Positions 59,849 through 64,000 of a stretch of DNA of 64,000 nucleotides are shown one piece after another; position 1 is the stretch's first letter; the number at the start of each line of letters is the position of its first letter. The notes beneath the pieces were generated by a model. That model saw only the letters and a list, made by a program, of their open reading frames with translations. It was not told the origin of the DNA and ran no database searches. Source of the stretch: an uncultured Treponema sp. (GTDB taxonomy: Bacteria > Spirochaetota > Spirochaetia > Treponematales > Treponemataceae); assembly GCA_963547785.1 (NCBI GenBank), contig CAUUSH010000007.1, positions 3,193 to 67,192 of the forward strand, in the 5' to 3' direction. The translations under genes were made by a program, and so were the position numbers.

Positions 59849-61003
59849 ATGCAAAAGATAATAACTTATCATATTGATGAATATGGAGACGAACCGGAAG
59901 CCTGCGCTTCCGCACCGGGGCGTTTTCATTTATTAGGTGAACATACTTGGTTTGCACAAGGAAACACCCTTTCAATGGCTATAAACCATTACCTGTACAT
60001 CTGCGCTTCAAAGCGGCAGGATAACAACTTCAGACTTTTTTCGGTTGCGCTTAATGAACGTAAAAAAATTTCTTCATCGGGTTTACGATACAAAAAAGAA
60101 GACCGGTGGGCCAATTCGGTAAAAGCCGTTATCTCCTCTTTTAACGATTTCGGTCACACCATCTCAGGTTTAAATTTCACCATCCTTTCAAATATTCCGG
60201 CAGATGCCGGTTTAGGCACCCCTAACGCTCTAAAAACGGCAACCGCCCTTGTTTTAAGAAAACTGTTTGCACCCAAACTGACAAAAAGCGACCTTGTCGA
60301 TATTTTAGAACATGCAAATGTTCAGCATCTTAATACCTACCCCCATCGGGCGGATATCCTGTGCGCTCTTTTTGCAAAGGCTAATAACTGCGTCAGAACA
60401 GATCACCGGAAGAAAACGGCGGAACTGTATCCCTTCCCCATCGAAGGACACACGATTATTTTAACCGATTCGCGTGTACCGCGGGTCATCGCCCGCGAAG
60501 AGCTCGGTACACGGCTTGAAGAATGTATTGACGCGTATGAGCTGGTAAAAAAGCAGCCGGACATCCCTAAGGATATGTCCCAGCTTACGGAAAAAATGCT
60601 TGAAGAAATAGATATTCCTGAATCCGTGCGCCGCCGTGTAACGTATATAATAAGAGAATCACTTAGCGTAGACGATGCCGTGGATGCGTTAAGACGGAAG
60701 GATAATGTGGTACTTTCAAGAATTTTAACCCGCTCGCATGAAGGCTTACGGGACCGCTTTGAAATTTCCTGTCCAGAACTGGACTGGCTTGTAAAACGCT
60801 CGCTTGAATTTGTTGAACCTCTAGGTGCTAATCTGGTGTGTGCACGAATGACGGGAAAGGGTTTCGGCGGCTGCACCTTCACGATTATCAAAGAAGAAGA
60901 TTCCAACGCCTATATCGAAAAGCTGGATGACTACGAGCGTATTTTCGGGTTTAAACCACTTTCATACAAGGCGAAACCTACCGGCTGCGCCAAGATCATA
61001 TAA
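59849..61003 (+). CDS. galK: Galactokinase-like GHMP kinase, divergent
   Basis: SAPGR..L.GEHT, SH..LRD.FEISCPELD and ARMTG.GFGG motifs. Promoter TTGAAA-17bp-TATTAT 6 nt upstream. Confidence 0.7.
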   Translation: MQKIITYHIDEYGDEPEACASAPGRFHLLGEHTWFAQGNTLSMAINHYLYICASKRQDNNFRLFSVALNERKKISSSGLRYKKEDRWANSVKAVISSFNDFGHTISGLNFTILSNIPADAGLGTPNALKTATALVLRKLFAPKLTKSDLVDILEHANVQHLNTYPHRADILCALFAKANNCVRTDHRKKTAELYPFPIEGHTIILTDSRVPRVIAREELGTRLEECIDAYELVKKQPDIPKDMSQLTEKMLEEIDIPESVRRRVTYIIRESLSVDDAVDALRRKDNVVLSRILTRSHEGLRDRFEISCPELDWLVKRSLEFVEPLGANLVCARMTGKGFGGCTFTIIKEEDSNAYIEKLDDYERIFGFKPLSYKAKPTGCAKII

Positions 61004-61141
61004 GCTTTTTTAGAAGATACCCTGCGGGTCATAACCTTAAAAGCGTTTGTTGTTAAACACTTTTTATTTCTGATCATAAAATAAGCGTTTCTTATAATCG
61101 AGAAAACGCAAGCCCGTAAATGGACAAAACCGAAACCGTAT

Positions 61142-61182
61142 AAAAAAACCCGGACATTTTTGAAGGAACCGGGCTTTTTTTT
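61142..61182. terminator. Bidirectional intrinsic terminator between galK-like gene and rpsD
   Basis: A7-CCCGG...CCGGG-C-T8. Confidence 0.6.
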
Positions 61183-61200
61183 CGAAAATGTGCAAGTACG

Positions 61201-61821
61201 TTATTTGCTGCGCGAATAGTATTCTACAACGTTTTGAATATTGCCGATATGCTGAATATCCGTAGCTGCCGGCAGAATATTAATCGTTGCGGAAAGTTTT
61301 TCTTCGTCAACGGTAAGCCATGACCCCCGTAACGATTGGGCAGTACTCAAATTATGTCTGATAAGGTTTTGAATACCCTTTTTATTTTTCGTCGTGATGA
61401 CATCGTTCACGCTTATACACATTGAGGGAATGTTTACGGGCTTACCGTTAATATAAAAATAAGCGTGCGAAACCATCTGCCTTGCCTGAGCCCTGCTTAT
61501 GGCAAAACCCATTCGGTAAATCGTATTATCCAGACGCTGCTCCATCAAAGAAATCATATTATCACCGGTAACACCGTGCATTCTTGCCGCTTTTTTGAAT
61601 AAATTTCTAAATTGACGTTCGGAAATACCGTAAGCAAATCTGAATTTCTGCTTTTCCTGTAATTGTTCACCGTAAACGGACATCTTGCCCCGCTTCTTGG
61701 CGCCGCGTTCTTTTCCGGGGGCATTAGGTTTGCGGCTCAACAGTTTGTCATATTTAGGATTACCGTAAATATTCAAACCCAGCCGTCTGACCGTTTTTCC
61801 TTTAGGCTGTCTAATCGCCAT
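61201..61821 (-). CDS. rpsD: 30S ribosomal protein S4
   Basis: YGEQLQEKQK.RF.YG..ERQF, EQRLDN.IYRMGF and ARQMVSH motifs; GAGGTG SD. Confidence 0.97.
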   Translation of the reverse strand: MAIRQPKGKTVRRLGLNIYGNPKYDKLLSRKPNAPGKERGAKKRGKMSVYGEQLQEKQKFRFAYGISERQFRNLFKKAARMHGVTGDNMISLMEQRLDNTIYRMGFAISRAQARQMVSHAYFYINGKPVNIPSMCISVNDVITTKNKKGIQNLIRHNLSTAQSLRGSWLTVDEEKLSATINILPAATDIQHIGNIQNVVEYYSRSK

Positions 61822-61966
61822 TTTTCACCTCTTATAAAAAAATAGATTTAAAACTGTACTTCAATGCAGTTACTTTGTCAAGTATACAACCTTTTGCCGC
61901 ACTATTCGGGAATTTTTTAGCCTTATCACTTTTAAGAATAAAGCGGATAAAAGATTTTGTAACTTA

Positions 61967-62040
61967 TGCGCCCGACACGATTCGAACGTGCGACCTGCGG
62001 ATTCGAAGTCCGATGCTCTATCCAGCTGAGCTACAAGCGC
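61967..62040 (-). tRNA. tRNA-Arg(TCG)
   Basis: GCGCTTGTAGCTCAGCTGGATAGAGCA...CTTCGAA...GTTCGAATC...CGGGCGCA; CCA not encoded. Confidence 0.95.
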
Positions 62041-62135
62041 AAAAACCGGTCCGCCGCAAAACCTCACGGCAGACTAAAAGTCCTTTAAAAGGCTGCCGGT
62101 TTTAAACGGCACGCTTTTACGGGGCCTTAATTGAG

Positions 62136-62208
62136 GGTGGGTAGTGGGATTTGAACCCACGACAACCAGAACCACAATCTGGCGCTCTACCCCTGAACTA
62201 TACCCACC
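62136..62208 (-). tRNA. tRNA-His(GTG)
   Basis: G-1 GTGGGTA acceptor; CCAGA-TTGTGGT-TCTGG anticodon arm; GTTCAAATC; C discriminator; CCA not encoded. Confidence 0.95.
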
Positions 62209-62230
62209 ATGCTTTTGATACGGAAGCCGC

Positions 62231-62259
62231 ATTATATAAAAATGGGGAAAAAAAGTCAA
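62231..62259 (-). promoter_or_regulatory. tRNA operon promoter
   Basis: TTGACT-17bp-TATAAT followed by GC-rich discriminator GCGGC. Confidence 0.75.
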
Positions 62260-62273
62260 TACCGCGCATTGTT

Positions 62274-62310
62274 AAAAAAACTCCCTGCAATGGCGCAGGG
62301 AGCTATTTTT
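62274..62310 (-). terminator. Intrinsic terminator of the ABC substrate-binding gene
   Basis: CTCCCTGC-gccatt-GCAGGGAG followed by T7 on the minus strand. Confidence 0.75.
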
Positions 62311-62380
62311 GGCAAACTGTCATAGGCATCGGCTCTTTCACGGGTTTTGGAAACGGCGCGATACCCGTACAATATCCGTT

Positions 62381-63424
62381 TTAATGATACTTATTGAATA
62401 ACTCGTTATATCGGCTTAAAACTTCCTGCTTATGCTCTGAAAGCCAAGCATTGTCGCGGGTTACCCATTTTATATCGCTCGTTTTCCACAGATAAGGCGA
62501 ATCGTAAACAGCCTTTGTATTGGTAAACCGCAGAGTTCCCAGTTTTTCACCGAGGAAGGATTGCCCCTCCGAACTGCACAGATAATCGATCATCGCTTTT
62601 GCTGCTTCGGGGTGCTTGGCGCCCTTAATCATCGCACAGCCGAAGGCGGAGGCCGACGTTCCGTTAGCCGGGTACTGAAGCCTTATATTGGTTGAACCGC
62701 TTTTAAGCAGGGTCGAGGCGCCGTCTTCATACGTAAGCCCTACGGCATATTCGCCTGCCTGCACGCCCTTAAAGCACACAGCGGAGGAGGTCGAAATAAC
62801 GATTCCGTTTTTAAAAAGGCCGTCAATAAAATTATAAGCCTCATCGCTGCCGTTACCGTAAACGGCCATAATGTTCGAAACATTGTTCCATGCGGCGGAA
62901 GAAGAATTGGGATCGGAAAAGACGATTCGGCCTTTCAGTTTGGGGTCTAGCAAATCCTCATAGCTTCGGATATCCAAACCGAGTTCTTTTTCCAGATCGG
63001 TGTTTACACAGAAAACGGCCGTGGACAGGTGATCCAGATTATACATGCCGTTCGGGCTTTTGTAGGCCTCTTCTATTTCGGCCTCATACGGCGATAAATA
63101 CTTTTCGAAAACAGCCGCATACCGTTCCCCGTCTGCCGCCGATAAGGCGCCCCACATCAGATCGCCTTGCGGATTGCCCGACTCGGACTCAATGCGTGCA
63201 CAAAGCTCGCCGTGCGAACCGTTTACGACCTCGACTTCCACGTCGGGGTACTTTTGACCGAAGCCCTCCAAAAGCGCATTCAAATCGTTTTCGGTCATCG
63301 AAGAATACAGCACTACGGTTTTTTCAGGTTTGCCGTTTCCGGCTGCACTTTCTTTTTGACAGCCGCTTAATACGGCTAGGCCGGCCAAGAGCAGGGCCAA
63401 AAAGCTCATCACAGTTTTTTTCAT
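62381..63424 (-). CDS. ABC transporter substrate-binding lipoprotein (Fe3+/AfuA-like family)
   Basis: AAGGAG SD; lipobox LSG-C; NPQGD..WG, DLLDP.LKG.I..DP.SSS and IKGAKH.EAAK..IDY motifs. Confidence 0.88.
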   Translation of the reverse strand: MKKTVMSFLALLLAGLAVLSGCQKESAAGNGKPEKTVVLYSSMTENDLNALLEGFGQKYPDVEVEVVNGSHGELCARIESESGNPQGDLMWGALSAADGERYAAVFEKYLSPYEAEIEEAYKSPNGMYNLDHLSTAVFCVNTDLEKELGLDIRSYEDLLDPKLKGRIVFSDPNSSSAAWNNVSNIMAVYGNGSDEAYNFIDGLFKNGIVISTSSAVCFKGVQAGEYAVGLTYEDGASTLLKSGSTNIRLQYPANGTSASAFGCAMIKGAKHPEAAKAMIDYLCSSEGQSFLGEKLGTLRFTNTKAVYDSPYLWKTSDIKWVTRDNAWLSEHKQEVLSRYNELFNKYH

Positions 63425-63469
63425 TGAACAAAACTCCTTATAAAAAAATTCAAGGCATTTTTAAAAAGC

Positions 63470-63515
63470 GTTTTTCGGGCTCCGGTCTTTTTGCAAAGAC
63501 CGGAGCCCGAAAAAC
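63470..63515. repeat. Perfect 21-bp-stem palindrome
   Basis: GTTTTTCGGGCTCCGGTCTTT-ttgc-AAAGACCGGAGCCCGAAAAAC. Confidence 0.85.
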
Positions 63516-63527
63516 AAAATATCAAAG

Positions 63528-63557
63528 AAAAAAGCCTTGTACAAACCAAGGCTTTTT
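63528..63557 (-). terminator. Intrinsic terminator of rplY
   Basis: AAAAAGCCTTG-N7-CAAGGCTTTTT about 20 nt after the stop codon. Confidence 0.75.
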
Positions 63558-63576
63558 AATCGCAAGAACTGCTCTT

Positions 63577-63999
63577 TTATTTGGCTTCGGTAGCGGCATC
63601 CTTCGCCTCTTCTGCCGGTGCAGCGGAAGCGTCAGCATCAGCTGCGGCACTTTGCGCGGGTGTTTCGGCGCTTACAAACTTAATAGCCGCAATCGTCATT
63701 TCAGTATCGGTAAGAACCGTAACAGCTTCCGGCAGCTTAATATCCCTAACGTGGAGCGACTGGTTTACATCGAGAGCCGAAACATCGACAATAATCCTCG
63801 GAGGTAAATCCTTCGGCAAACATTCAACTTCAAGCTCAGGGATCCCGGCTTCAAGAACACCGCCGTGCCTTACGCCTTCGGCAGAACCTTGCAGCTTAAT
63901 CTTAACCTTTGTACGCAGCGTCTTACCGCGTTCGACCTCATAAAAATCGACATGCTTAATCTTATCATCAACGATATTATGCTGAAAATCCTTAATAAA
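63577..63999 (-). CDS. rplY: 50S ribosomal protein L25/Ctc, 3' part (5' end outside window)
   Basis: Frame open to the window edge: KDFQH...KHVDFYEV...GVRHGGVL...VECLPKDLP..I.VDVS.L; Ala/Glu-rich tail. Confidence 0.92.
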   Translation of the reverse strand, partial: FIKDFQHNIVDDKIKHVDFYEVERGKTLRTKVKIKLQGSAEGVRHGGVLEAGIPELEVECLPKDLPPRIIVDVSALDVNQSLHVRDIKLPEAVTVLTDTEMTIAAIKFVSAETPAQSAAADADASAAPAEEAKDAATEAK

Positions 64000-64000
64000 A

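Noticed and set aside
61967..62380. tRNA-anchored genomic island
   Set aside because: No integrase and no duplicated tRNA 3' end noticed in the window.
62890..63807. 305-aa plus-strand ORF
   Set aside because: Antisense to the binding-protein gene and rplY, crosses terminators, and has an Arg-rich shadow composition.

Overview
A mostly housekeeping chromosomal segment from a spirochete, most likely a Treponema of the T. denticola/pedis type. This is inferred from gene content (FapA/FlhG-like pair, GAF-GGDEF cyclase, Treponema-style lipoprotein signals) and from the palindromic intergenic repeats. Recognisable genes include parC (partial), rpe, an acyl-CoA synthetase, tex, pepT, an ABC-F ATPase, lgt, nadE, a selD-yedF-DUF3343-NifS-like selenium cluster, fabD/fabH, pyrF, an amino-acid racemase, a sigma54 activator, dinB, a NeuB-family synthase, comM, a rhomboid protease, lnt, a galK-like kinase, rpsD, tRNA-Arg(TCG), tRNA-His(GTG) and rplY (partial). 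I saw no integrase, transposase, reverse transcriptase or CRISPR. The most unusual feature is at 5093-5323: a strictly 23-bp-periodic array of about ten 18-bp palindromic boxes in three arm families. It starts inside the stop codon of a lone opposite-strand FGE/CLec-fold lipoprotein gene resembling Treponema DGR target proteins. Other points of interest are a composite palindromic repeat family, many apparently leaderless promoters, several enzyme homologs with substituted catalytic residues, a structured leader upstream of a beta-barrel gene, and an unannotated 44-aa ORF. Family calls are from motif recognition by eye, not database searches.
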